Source: Octopus sinensis (taxonomy: Eukaryota). Taken from it: a stretch of 64,000 bases of DNA. Under the pieces are notes generated by a model. It was not told the origin of the DNA. It made no database searches and saw only the letters and a program-made list of their open reading frames with translations. The DNA is taken from positions 2,170,001 through 2,234,000 of the forward strand of contig NC_043015.1 of assembly GCF_006345805.1 (NCBI RefSeq). Direction: 5' to 3'. Shown one piece after another: positions 41,896 to 55,547 of the stretch (position 1 is its first letter; each line of letters starts with the position of its first letter). The position numbers and the translations under genes are program-made.

Positions 41896-42210
41896 TAGTA
41901 CATGGATTTCATCTCATTTCGAGAAGAAAGTTTTGTAAAAGAGTAGCAAAATACCAACAGTCATATATTAATGTCGGGTGGAATGAATATGCGAGTAACT
42001 GAGCTGGTTCGAGCCTTATCAAAGTTGAACAGTAATAGGAAGTAATTTTGACAATGAGACGATGTAGTATTTAGAAAATAAATTGTTTTACTAAAGAAAC
42101 ACGCTTGCAAAAGCGAAACCTTACGGTACAACGCGAGGAAATCTCGCTGGAGATCCACGAGGTATAGAAATATTTTATGAAAAGAAAATAACATGTCAAC
42201 CAAAAAGAAA

Positions 42211-42886
42211 GGCGGCGATCTGGCAGAATAGTTGGCACGCCGGGCGAAATACTTAACGGTATTTCATCTGAGTTCAAATTCCACCGAGGTCGACTTAATT
42301 GACTTAATCCGTCTGTTTGTCCTTGTTTGACTCCTCTGTTTTTAGCCCCTTGCGGGTAGTAAAAAAATAGATATTTCGTCTGCCGCTACGTTCTGAGCTA
42401 AAATTCCGTCGAGGTTGACTTTGCCTTTCAGCATTTCGGGGTCGATTAAATATGTACCAGTTACGCACTGTGGTCCATATAATCGACTTAATCGGTTTGT
42501 TTGTCCATGTTTTTCCTCTGTGTTTATCCCCTTCTTGGTAGTAAAGAAATAGGTATTTAGTCTGCCGCTACGTTCTGAGTTCAAATTCCGCCGGGGTTGA
42601 TTTTGCCTTTCATACTTTCGGGGTCGATTAAGTAAGTACCAGTTAGCCACTGGGGTCGATATAATCGACTTAATGCGTTTGTCTGTCCTTGTTTGTCATC
42701 TCTGTGTTTAGCACCTTGTGGGTAGTAAAGAAATAGGTATTTCGTTTGTCTTTATGTTCTGAGTTCAAATTCCGACGAGGTAGACTTTGCTTTCCATCCT
42801 TTCAGCGTGGATAAATAAAGCACTAATGCGTGCTAATCGACTGGCCCCCACCACCAAAAATTTGGACTTTGTGCCTAGAGTATAAA
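42211..42886 (+). mobile_element. SINE family B with tandem-amplified internal unit
   Basis: One head (42211), units starting 42258, 42370, 42552, 42736 (periods 112, 182, 184), then a distinct tail ending GTGCCTAGAGTATAAA. Confidence 0.93.
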
Positions 42887-43097
42887 TGAATATGTTACAC
42901 TTAAGCAGCAGACAGAGCGAGCACCGCAAAGCCGACATTCACAAATACCGTCTTTTAACATTCCGACAGCACAGACATCATACTACGTTCGGGTATGTAT
43001 TCCTCTGTATCTGCTCTCAACATCTTTATAGCGGTGTATTACTCTATCCCTTTCTCTCTTTCTTTCTCACCCTCCCTCTTTCTTTCTCTCTCTCTCA

Positions 43098-43140
<43 letters not shown>

Positions 43141-43449
43141 AACACACAGATACCAACTATTCTTCACAATATCAATTCCCAGAAAGCAATTTCCGTTTTT
43201 GTCCATCCACTTCCGGTCACTTAAAAATGTAACTACACGTGGACTGTTGGCGATTTTTTCTCCTTCCTTTTCTTTTGAACTTTCCTATAACACCTGTTAC
43301 GCTGGAAACGTAAAACAACCACCTCTTCCTTTCACTGAGTGTCTCATTAATAGTTTGTATGTACAACGAACTCACGTTGTTGTTTATTCTTGTCTTTTTC
43401 TTCGTTCTTTTTTAATAAAATATATTTACATATACAAATATATATATAC

Positions 43450-43531
<82 letters not shown>

Positions 43532-43544
43532 TTATATATATATG

Positions 43545-43575
<31 letters not shown>

Positions 43576-43763
43576 TTGTGTGTGTATGTATGTTCGTGTG
43601 TTTGTGTTTGTGTGTTTGTGTGTATTAAATGGTAACCATTATCTGCAATGTAGCGTGGAGTTTGTGTCAAGACACAAATTACCACCTTATTTACCTTGAA
43701 AGGACTTCTCATATGAACTTATGATGTATAGAAACACTCCTATATGATTGGCTGATGAGAACT

Positions 43764-43992
43764 TATTTCTTTATTACCCACAAGGGGCTAAACACAGAGG
43801 GGACAAACAAGGACAGGCATAGGTATTAAGTCGATTACATTGACCCCAGTACGTAACTGGTACTTAATTTATCGACCCCGAAAGGATGAATGGCAAAGTC
43901 GACCTTGGCGGAATTTGAACTCACCACCTAACGCAGACGAAATATCGCTAAGCATTTCGCCCGGCGTGCTAACGTTTCTGCCAGCTCGCCGT
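43764..43992 (-). mobile_element. SINE family B, head plus one unit
   Basis: Minus: GGCGAGCTGGCAGAAACGTTAGCACGCCGGGCGAAATGCTTAGCG...GGGTAATAAAGAAATA. Confidence 0.92.
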
Positions 43993-44879
43993 CACATTAA
44001 GTGATCTCAGCCTGTTTTGCCGATTTAGTTGCAGACATCCAGTAGCGACAACACTGCCGAATATCCTTATCAACGACACATAAAATTTCGTTGCCCATTG
44101 TGTCTACATAGGCACTGACTTAGCATATATGAAACTGAAAGAATTACAAAATAAGTAACAGTGGCAGGAACAATATTAACGTAACAGGCAATATTATTTC
44201 CAAATTAATGTGGAGGTTGTGTTACAACATAGAATAAGACTATTTATGATATAAATACTAGAGCTTTTATTTAACCACGAGTCAACACGAAGGGTCCCCT
44301 CAAGGTAAACATGGCAACTCTAATCTCTCTCCCTTTGTCTCCCATATTCTCTTTCTCCACTCTCTTATTTTCCCCTTCCTTCCATGTGACTCTTGACGCA
44401 TCATTGAACCCAAAATATATTATCTCTATTAATAACATTGTACTTACCCATAGCCTTATTGGAATACATGCCTACTTGTTTAGACGATCAAACCTAGAGG
44501 TCATCTTTTATCTCGCCTAAGCTATTGGTATTGGTGCCACAATAGATTTTATCTCTTACTATATGCTTGTCGGAGTTGTCAGCCATTTTACACCTTGGTT
44601 TTCACTAGATATAATAGTTTGGTTATTTTCTCGCTACGGCATTATAAAGGCCTCTCACTGAATGCATTTACAAACGTAACTACTAAAGATGTAGCGTATG
44701 GCAAATTATAGAATAACCCAGATTCATTAAATTTTCCCTAAAGATTCCATTGTTTATTTGTTCTAGTGTACTGAATTATTTAACTAACCCACATGCTACA
44801 TAAAAAAATATATTTAACTCGATAATATATATCTTATAACGATAGTTTCATTTCATTATTTATTTAATTTCATTAATTT

Positions 44880-45075
44880 GGCTATATGGCAGACTCATTA
44901 GCTCACCGAGCAAAGCAGTTCCAACAAAATGCTTAGCGGTATCGTTTACCTTTATGCTCCGATTTGAAAAACAGGTGTGGCCAACTTTTCTGCCATCCTC
45001 TCGGTGGGGTAGATAAGATAAGTACCAATTGAATACGGGGATCGATTTAGTTGACTTACCCTCTTCCCAGAAGTT
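44880..45075 (+). mobile_element. Highly decayed SINE family B
   Basis: AAATGCTTAGCGGTAT...GGGGTAGATAAGATAAGTACCAATTGAATACGGGGATCGATTTAGTTGACTTA. Confidence 0.55.
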
Positions 45076-45529
45076 ACTGATCTTCTGCCAAACTTTGAAA
45101 TCATTATTTATTTTATACTCTCTTATCTATGAACATTCACGTATTTCAATTTGTGCGGAATATTTTGCATCTACTGGATTGCCTCACGTTCCTTTCCACA
45201 TATTTAAGTGGAAGCTGGTTGAGCCTTTTAAATGGACGAGCTCAGTAGGTAAACTCCCCATAAAGGGCAAAAATATCATACTAAAAAAGACCTTTCATTT
45301 GTTCTACTACGCTAAAACACAACACATTGAAGCCTATGCATACATACATATATACATAACTATAAATATAAATATAAATACATGGTGTTGTGGATTTCAA
45401 CTTCGGCAACCGAAACTCAGAGTCTTATCTTGGCTATTGAATAATGGTAACATTAATTTACAGATAGATTTCCTCTATTTACATAATATTGGGATATCTT
45501 TCTTTCTTTTGTTATCGTACCGTTTTTTA

Positions 45530-45587
<58 letters not shown>

Positions 45588-45697
45588 AATAATATATATA
45601 TATACAATTTTTAAACATATATAAACAGGTAAGGTGAAACTCCAAAAATGACCTGTAATTTAAATGATTGAATATATTTTGAACTAATATATATATA

Positions 45698-45749
<52 letters not shown>

Positions 45750-45959
45750 ACGTATGTGTGATAATATATTAAAACTGCAGAGTTTTCGCTCTTCGAAAGT
45801 AACAAATAAAAGTTCACTACTTGGTCAAACTATGTCGAAACGTACATGATAGTGTCAATTAACATGGATATGAACAGAAATGAAAGGATACACACAAAGT
45901 GTGACTACGATTGAAGTTTTTCATACTGGTATCACATTACGCCTGGCTGTTTATGTGTA

Positions 45960-45968
45960 TATATTTAT

Positions 45969-46046
<78 letters not shown>

Positions 46047-46079
46047 TATGTTATATGTATATATACATGCATGCATACA

Positions 46080-46112
<33 letters not shown>

Positions 46113-46137
46113 GTATATATACAAACATACATATACT

Positions 46138-46169
<32 letters not shown>

Positions 46170-46622
46170 CATACATACAAACATATATATATATATATTA
46201 TATATATATATATATACATACATACATATACTCGTGCATATATAATGTGAAGTTGTAGTTATTTCACATGTTCTTAATTTAGAGATCGGTCAAAACAAAA
46301 ACAGCTACAAGAGCAGCGCATCGAAAGAGAGAACTGGGGTGTGGAAAGAAATACAAAAATCGTGATGAGGAAGAAACAGAAAAAGGAGAAGGCATTGATA
46401 TCAATATCATAAGGTATCAAACAGGAAAATTTATAGTCTTCTGTAGCTATATTTAACAAACTCATATAAATTGCCAACGTATTTATATGCGTGTATGTGT
46501 CTTAGTGTGTGTGTGTGTGTATGTAACTGTGGTTTCATTTTTGCATATCTGAACGTGTTGTATATTCATATATTTGAAGAAATTTTTCGTATGCACACAC
46601 ACGCACAAACACACACACACAT

Positions 46623-46653
<31 letters not shown>

Positions 46654-46746
46654 CAACATATATACATATATACACATATATACATATATATATATACACA
46701 TATATGCATACATATATATATATACATATATATATAATATATATAA

Positions 46747-46777
<31 letters not shown>

Positions 46778-46793
46778 CACATATATATATATA

Positions 46794-46824
<31 letters not shown>

Positions 46825-46865
46825 ACACACATACATATATATATATATATACACACACATATTCA

Positions 46866-46904
<39 letters not shown>

Positions 46905-46905
46905 G

Positions 46906-46944
<39 letters not shown>

Positions 46945-47080
46945 GTTTGCATATACATATTTATATATATATATATTATATATATATATAAATACGGACA
47001 CACACAGACATACGAACACATATACGCATAGTCGTTTATATATATGCATAAATACAAGTATAGATTACACACACATGTAA
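45960..47080. repeat. Compound (TA)n/(CA)n microsatellite region
   Basis: Direct inspection. Confidence 0.9.
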
Positions 47081-47681
47081 ACACATAAACACACATATGT
47101 ATGAGTGTGTATGTTTCTCTGTGTTAATGTGCAGGTTTGTGTCTGTGTGTGTTCATGGGTATATGTATGTGTTTCATCGATTGAATCAAATAAACTTAAT
47201 GAAGGCTGAAAAAATATATGAACGGAAAACAAAACAAAAAAAAAATCATACAAACAAACAAAAAAAATAACATAAAATAAAATACCATGTGTAATACTAT
47301 TTGTTCGGAACATAAATGTGACCTAATCAAGCAATTGGCTATTTATAAGACAGGAACATTTTGATTGATTTTTTTCCGCAAAAGTATATCAATTTTACCA
47401 TCAAAAATATAAGACCAATAATATAGAAAATATAATATTAAAAAAATGCAAGAAGAGCAACGTTAAACGTGAGCAAAGGCAAAGGAGTAAAATATAATCA
47501 ATATGAGACGATGTCATTGATTATATGTTAAATCTGATTTGTGAAATGTGAAATGCCACAGGGTGTATAGTTTTATGTTTCTCAGCGAAACCTTGATATG
47601 ATCTAAGGATATTTATCGTTAGAGTGTGTCGTTAGTGGCGTTCATATTTTGCTGTTATTGTTGTTGTTCGTGTAACAACTA

Positions 47682-47725
<44 letters not shown>

Positions 47726-47747
47726 TATTATTATTATTATTATTATA

Positions 47748-47789
<42 letters not shown>

Positions 47790-47800
47790 CATCATCATTA

Positions 47801-47922
47801 AGGCGGCAAGCTGGCAGAAACGTTAGCACACCGGGCAAAATGCTTAACAACATTTCTTCAGAGTTCAAATTCCGCTGAGGTCGACTTTGCCTTTCACCCA
47901 TTCAGGGTCAATAAATTAAGTA
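47801..47922 (+). mobile_element. SINE family B, truncated
   Basis: GGCGGCAAGCTGGCAGAAACGTTAGCACACCGGGC...GAGGTCGACTTTGCCTTTCACCC. Confidence 0.88.
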
Positions 47923-47999
47923 GAATATATATATATATATATATATATATTATTATATTATTATTATTATTATTTATTATTATTATTATTATTATTTAC

Positions 48000-48410
48000 T
48001 GTCTAGAGTGTGTTTGTGGATTGTCTTGTTTGTGCTGACTTAGTGAATTGATATGGTATTACGTAAGAAGTGGGCTGTTCCATGTAGGGCTATTTTAAAT
48101 TAATGTCTAGTACAGAGAGTTTAGACAAAGTTCTACCTTTTTTATATATAAATTTTTTTCCTGTCCAATGCTCCAATTAGTATTGGCACTGATTTCACTT
48201 TGATGCACCACATCATTACGAGTTCTTTTTAGATTGCAAACCTATCCCCTTCTTTTGCAATAATATCTTGATCAGAAGGGTTTTCAATATCTATCAGTAA
48301 GAAGATGGATTACTTTTGAGAATCCTTGGTTGTTATATCTGTATAATTAGCCTTTATTTCTCTGTGAGTTTGAACCAGTATATTTCCTGGTCGTTGTCTT
48401 GTACCTTGCT
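48000..48410 (-). mobile_element. R4/Dong-like LINE 3' fragment (RLE endonuclease)
   Basis: Minus frames give VQTHREIKAN...LLIDIENPSDQDII...VPILIGAL; 3' end abuts a (TAA)n run. Confidence 0.7.
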
Positions 48411-48479
48411 TGGCACATGTTTATGCAAAGTTCTCAGTTTTTATCAGCACCCCCATTATGATCATCCTCAATATTAATA

Positions 48480-48515
48480 TAGTTATTGTTGTAGCTATTT
48501 TTATTATTACTATTA

Positions 48516-48592
<77 letters not shown>

Positions 48593-48637
48593 GTTATATT
48601 ATTATTATTATTATTATTATTATTGTTATTATTATTA

Positions 48638-48675
<38 letters not shown>

Positions 48676-48770
48676 GTTATATTATTATTATTGTTGTTGT
48701 TGTTGTTGTTATTAGTATTGTTATTATTATTTTTATTGTTATTATTGTTATTATTATTATTATGTTGTTG

Positions 48771-48801
<31 letters not shown>

Positions 48802-48828
48802 AGTAGTAGTAGTAGTAGTAGTAGTAGT

Positions 48829-48879
<51 letters not shown>

Positions 48880-48880
48880 T
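48480..48880. repeat. (TTA)n/(TTG)n/(TAG)n trinucleotide array
   Basis: Direct inspection. Confidence 0.95.
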
Positions 48881-49821
48881 TCGCCCTAACGGAATGCACG
48901 TGTTATTCTGATCGTAAGTTTTTGTTCTAAATTTTAGTTTCCAAAAGTTGTTAATTACTTATTTCGTTTCTACGTATTTAACCAAGACACTGCATATGCA
49001 TAAGTTGGCTCTGTTGGGTTATTATTTCCCCTTTTGAGGCTGTCATCTCAAAATAACTTTTTCAAAGTTAATTTTGAAAAAAAAAAATTAAAATAATATT
49101 CAAGCTTGATGAAAGATATAGAAGAGGTGATATGCGTTTCACGTACAAAGGTGAAATATGCCGTATGCACTCCCCATACTACCTATAAATAGGAAAGGAA
49201 TCGTGCACACATCATATTGAATTTCACGCGCTGAAAATTGCCAAGTTGGCAATCAAAAATAATAGTAGTAACAAATTCAGTGACATAAAAAACTACGAAG
49301 CTGAATTCCCAACAATCCAATGGAATTTTCCAACACAAAAGACTGCTCATAGTAGCAGCACCACAACTAACTCCGCCACCGCCACCACGACCACAACCAC
49401 CACCACCACTACAACTAATAATATCGCAATAAATGGAAAAATTTCATTCGGTGCAACGGCAACCAAGGGCAAGGAATTTACTTTGTATAGATCTTCTTCA
49501 GAAAGACATGTCTAGCTGAGGCAGCTAAATTAACAAGGCCTGAGAAAACGCGAGCTGATATTGCTATCCTCACCGTGGTCTGAGCACATACAAAGAAGAT
49601 GAATATGTTGTATAGATGTGTCTTCGTAAATACGAAACAGCCAGCGATGGCGAGCCAGACAGAAGTGGAATGGATACTGACAGGAATAATGCCAGTCGTC
49701 GTGCATATTTCGATGGAAAAAGAGTCGTTAAGTTTATGTAGGAATGTTAAGCCTCGTATCATTCTCAAATATGTTTCAGTACATTTTTCTATCCTTCCTA
49801 TTATTATTATTATTATTATTA

Positions 49822-49852
<31 letters not shown>

Positions 49853-49868
49853 ATTATTATTATTATTA

Positions 49869-49910
<42 letters not shown>

Positions 49911-49911
<1 letters not shown>

Positions 49912-50045
49912 TATGTTTGACTTTTGCTTTATATTTGTACAAGTTGGCTCCAAGTCTCACCCAGAGACCTCAAGAGACAACAGGGCTGGAAGTTCATGTT
50001 GTTGTTATGCATAGTGTGCCATATATTTGGGGGTTGGGGATGTTG
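49911..50045 (-). mobile_element. R4/Dong-like LINE extreme 3' end
   Basis: Similar to 53420-53500 (GCTTTATATTTGTACAAG...GTCTCACCCAGA vs GCTTTGTATTTGTACAAG...GTCTCGCCCAGA); (TAA)n tail. Confidence 0.7.
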
Positions 50046-50108
50046 TACTAATGAATGTTTAAAAAAAAAAAAGTTTTTCTTTTTTTTTTAAACCGAAAAT
50101 TATGTTTG

Positions 50109-50163
<55 letters not shown>

Positions 50164-50164
50164 A

Positions 50165-51130
50165 CACACAACATAGGCTCTTGGAAAAGAAAATTGATAA
50201 CATTGTAAGATGTACACTTAGAAGCCCCCCCCCCCCCAAAAAAAAAATAATAAACCTCCTAAATTATCCTAGCTGTCCCTAATAACACTGTTTTACTAAG
50301 CTGTACTAAACTGAGTTTTATACCTATTCCGTCTATCCATATGTTCAGACATTTAGGAAGAGTTCATAACGCACCTATTACCACTGAGATACATTTTACC
50401 CGCACTTTCCATAATCTCTATAATTCAATGGCTAGGAACTCGTACTTTGCTATTTTCCATACTTCTCATATCGATATTGTCATCATTTGGGACTGTAAAA
50501 TAAATTATCTGGCATTTCTATTCTTTGTCTACCACTATTAAATCAGGTATTCTAGCTTCTATTACTCTGTCACTCTCTATATACTTATTAATATTATATT
50601 TCTTAATTTCTAGTACTTTACTAGGTTCATGTTCATACCATTTATCTGTACGGTCAAATCCTAGCTTTCTACACTTCTCCCAGTGGATTACTATCCCTAG
50701 GATGTAATGTCTTTTCTTTTATTCTTTCTTTGCCAACATGCTACATTCACTTAGTATTTGAGTAACGATTTCCTCTTCTGATTTGCATAAACTACAGTAG
50801 GAATCTTCATGGTCTTTGTCTGTTTTGGCTTTTTGCTGCTCAAAAAGTTTCTGTCTATTTTTTTCAGCCTTCATTCTGCAACCATAACCATGCCTCACTA
50901 CTGCTATTTGCAACAACTAGTTTTGGGAACCTACCAGGCAAAGCCTTCTCCTGATAGTCAGATAAATGTTGTTCTTTTTTCTGGTTTTTAACTTGCTGTG
51001 ACTGAAGCAGTTAAAATTTCTTCACTATTATCTACGTAGGAATCTATATTTACTACAGCTAATTCATCGCAATCTCCCACCTTCCTTTCTAAGTAAGTAT
51101 AAATTTGCCACTCCTGCACGTGGGTGGTGT
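50165..51130 (-). mobile_element. R4/Dong-like LINE 3' part (CCHC knuckle and RLE), decayed
   Basis: YCSLCKSEEEIVTQILSECSMLAKKE...KWYEHEPSKV...IPDLIVVDK...GTARII; (TAA)n tail at 50110-50160. Confidence 0.85.
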
Positions 51131-51149
51131 TAAAGATTCATATTGAATT

Positions 51150-52085
51150 TATTCTTAAAATCTTTCAGTCTCTGATTTGAGTCCTGCTCTTCTCAGCCTT
51201 TGTTGGGATTTTGCTTTGTCTATTTCCTTTCTATTTAGTTTAACTCAGTATTTCCTATGCAGGGGGCTCTTCTTGCCATCATTTTATCATGATACATTTT
51301 TGTTCCAGTTTTAGTTTGGATTTCAGTTGTTTTACAGCATTTGTATCTCCGTTTTCTTCATAGTTGTTAGACACTATGACTGCTTCTTTGTATATGTCAG
51401 CTTCCTTAAAGACAAAAAGGAAAAAACATTTGTTTTTGTTTTGTTCATGTTTTCTAGCTATGTCTATAAGTGTTCCTTGCATCTGGAATTGCTATTTCAG
51501 TAGTCGTATGGTGGTTATTTTCTAATAGTTTTCTAGAAGTATCAGGCCTCTACCACTTTCGATACGGTGTATATGTAGTTTTCCTATGCTCGATTTTGGT
51601 TGGTGCATCCTATATCCTCTCATTAATTTTCTTGTTTCCCTGTCTATTTTGATTATATCATTTAGAGCCCAGTTAAAATATTGTAGCTCTAACTTGTAAC
51701 TGGGACGGCTAGTGTGTTGATAATTGTTTTTCGCATTGATCTCTATTTCCAATATAAATAAATCGTCAATAGTATTTCTTTATTATCTTCTCTGTCATTT
51801 GTGTATGTTGTATCCTATCTAGTTCATTGATTCCTAAGCATTTGTATGTCTGACTTTAGTCTACTTCTCTTATTTCATTTGATTTATCTACTGTGATGAT
51901 GCTATTCTTAAGTACTTTAATTCTTTTCAAGGTTGCTTTGGCACATTTCTATAAGCCAAGATTCATGTTTATGTATTTAGTAAATCCATGTACTATCTAT
52001 AGTAATGTTTCCAAAATACAAGGAATGGTAGCTTGTTTTGCCGTAACAGCTATATCCACATCCAGTTCTGTGTCACATGTACGAT
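51150..52085 (-). mobile_element. R4/Dong-like LINE fragment (RT C-terminal region)
   Basis: NWALNDIIKIDRETRKLMRGYRMHQPKS...GRGLILLENY and KQLKSKLKLEQ...WQE. Confidence 0.85.
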
Positions 52086-52119
52086 AAATGTGTCAGTGCC
52101 AAGCAGGAAAGGAGTGGAG

Positions 52120-52188
<69 letters not shown>

Positions 52189-52260
52189 ATCATCAACATT
52201 ATCATCAGCATCAACATTATCATCAACATCATCATTGACATCATCATCTTCATTAATATA

Positions 52261-52668
52261 GAGTAAGAGAGCAGTGCATGTCCAGTGACACTGGGGTATA
52301 AATATACGAAGTCCACATGCATCACAACCATATGTGCGCCACATGGCGATCTCCTATCAAGATAAAGGGCGCTTGACATCACAGTTGGGGTGTATTTAGA
52401 ATTTTCTTGAAGTTGAGAAGCCCATCCTTCTCAAAACGTTCGGATATAAAGGTTGTTTAAGGAAATTGAACGAAACGCCCATGTTTCGAGAGGTGATTTA
52501 TTCAAAACCAAAAGAATAACTCTCAACACAGGGCTATGATGCTCCCGCACTACTTGTGGTCGTGATCAGAGAAGCACATATCGTGAGCTTTAAAGGAACA
52601 TGCTCAACTGGTTAAGTTCACGTAACTGGCAATCAAAGATGTGGTATTGAGCAGTATATATGCTGTAG
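52261..52668 (-). mobile_element. Unclassified retroposon family E, copy 1
   Basis: Colinear with 52979-53312 and 54827-55365; shared left boundary; no ORF. Confidence 0.85.
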
Positions 52669-52808
52669 TTCTTCTTCTTCTTCTTCTTCTTCTTCTTCTT
52701 CTTCTTCTTCTTCTTCTTCTTCTTCTTCTTCTTCTTCTTCTTCTTCTTCTTCATCTTCTTCTTCTTCTTCTCATTATTATTATATTATTATTATTATTAT
52801 TATTATTA

Positions 52809-52845
<37 letters not shown>

Positions 52846-52914
52846 TATTATTATTATTAATTATTATTATTATTATTATTAATATTATTATTATTATTAT
52901 AATTATTATTATTA

Positions 52915-52978
<64 letters not shown>

Positions 52979-53312
52979 GAGAGAGCAGAGCATGCCATCA
53001 AAGTGACACTGGGGTAAAATATACGAAGCCCAGTGTACCCATCATGACTACCCGTCTGATAAGGGTACACTAAGCACATGTATCCCAACCATATGTGCGC
53101 CACATGGTGATCTCATATCAGGATAAAAATCACATGACCTTGCAGGTGGGGCCCAGTTAGAACTTTCTTCTGATCGAGAAACGCATCCCGCTCAAAAGGT
53201 CCCTGAATAAGAGTTGTTTAACGATGTTAAACGAAACACCCATGTTTCCAAAGGTGAATTATTCAAACCCCAAAGAATCCCTCTCAACACATGACTACGA
53301 TGCTCCCCCACT
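52979..53312 (-). mobile_element. Unclassified retroposon family E, copy 2
   Basis: Flanked on both sides by (TTA)n. Confidence 0.88.
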
Positions 53313-53338
53313 TATTATTATTATTATTATTATCATTA

Positions 53339-53376
<38 letters not shown>

Positions 53377-53419
53377 TATTATTATTATTATTATTATATT
53401 ATTATATTATTATTATTAT

Positions 53420-54630
53420 CATATATTTGGCCCTTGCTTTGTATTTGTACAAGGCGACTCCATGTCTCGCCCAGATACAAGTTAGAACTTCAAGTTGTTG
53501 TTATGACTAGAGTCCAAATGTTCTTGGTTTTGCTCATTTTATTGTTCAAGGATATGTCTGTCAAAACATTAAAAAATCAGAAGATTGCTTTGAAAACGAT
53601 TTGATCATCAGTAAATGGTGTTCAGTATTTTGCACGTTTAAGTGTACTTTTAAACTTTTAACAATGATTACAGACTAAAATGTGTTTTTTAATTATATAG
53701 ATAATATTTTTCGTAGGATATGAGCAGTTTTCACGAGCACTATTTTAAAATAGTTCTTCCACTTTTAGATTTCATTTTGTATGGGATAGGTAAAGATGAG
53801 TTCCTTTTGCTATCATCCCTAGGGATTCTATGACAATAGGTATTGTTTTAGTCATGCGTTTCCACAGTTTGCCACATTTGTATTTCAATGTCTTATATTG
53901 GCTCAGTTTTTGGTAGGTCTTGACAGATTAATTTATGTCGATTGGGATATTCTTATCGAAGCGGAGGCATGATTTTCGTCCGAAATCTTTCAATATATTT
54001 TCTGACTTATTTGCATTTTTCTTTGTATCAGTTTGAACAGTAAAGTTTCAAAAGAGTGAGGTGCATCATTTTAAGCACCGGATGAGGTTTGCTTTCCTCA
54101 CATTTTTTTTTATTATGAGACAGGACAATATTTTCGCAAATTACCCAGTGAAAATACTGTGCTGCTCTCTCATGCACGTTGAGATACTTTGTACGCGGAA
54201 GAAGGCTGCCCATGGTTTCATTTAATTGTTTACACACATGACAAGCTGAGCTACTACCTTTCTGTATGTTTTGGCCAGATAGCTTCTTGTAGTAAAGCAT
54301 AGATTTTGCTATGATGAACACTTCAGTTTCTGATTTAAAGACACTAACAATTGGTGGGTAAAGGCTTTGTCAACATCATCATTATTAGCTCTCTTTGCAT
54401 ATTCGCCATTGAGAGGTTTATCTTGCCTTTATCTGTAAGAATATCTAAAGGAGATGCTTTAGCGGGAGTTTCCATAAGCTTAGCTTTTTATGTGCTTCTT
54501 TCCATTGGGTCTAATTCTGTGGTTTTCTGTGTTTGGAATTCACTTAGATATTTCTTTGCCTGGTGCGTTACTAAGAATTCAGTTTTATCATTTTCTTGCT
54601 TTAAGACAAATTTTAGCATCCAGTTGTGAG
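53420..54630 (-). mobile_element. R4/Dong-like LINE 3' part, decayed
   Basis: ACHVCKQLNET...LNVHERAAQYFHWVIC...TKTIPIVIESLGMIAKG; 3' end abuts (TAA)n. Confidence 0.85.
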
Positions 54631-54731
54631 GGTTTTTCAGTATATTATCATTATTATTATTACTATTGTTGTTGTTGTTGCTGTTATTATTATCATTATT
54701 ATTATTACTATTGTTGTTGTTGCTGTTATTA

Positions 54732-54784
<53 letters not shown>

Positions 54785-54826
54785 GTAGTTGTTGTTGTTG
54801 CTGTTATTATTATTATTGTTATTATT

Positions 54827-55491
<665 letters not shown>

Positions 55492-55514
55492 TATTATTAT
55501 TATTATTATTATTA

Positions 55515-55547
<33 letters not shown>

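Noticed and set aside
42211-42886. CRISPR-like periodicity
   Set aside because: Units are ~183 bp SINE sequence with no unique spacers; eukaryotic context.
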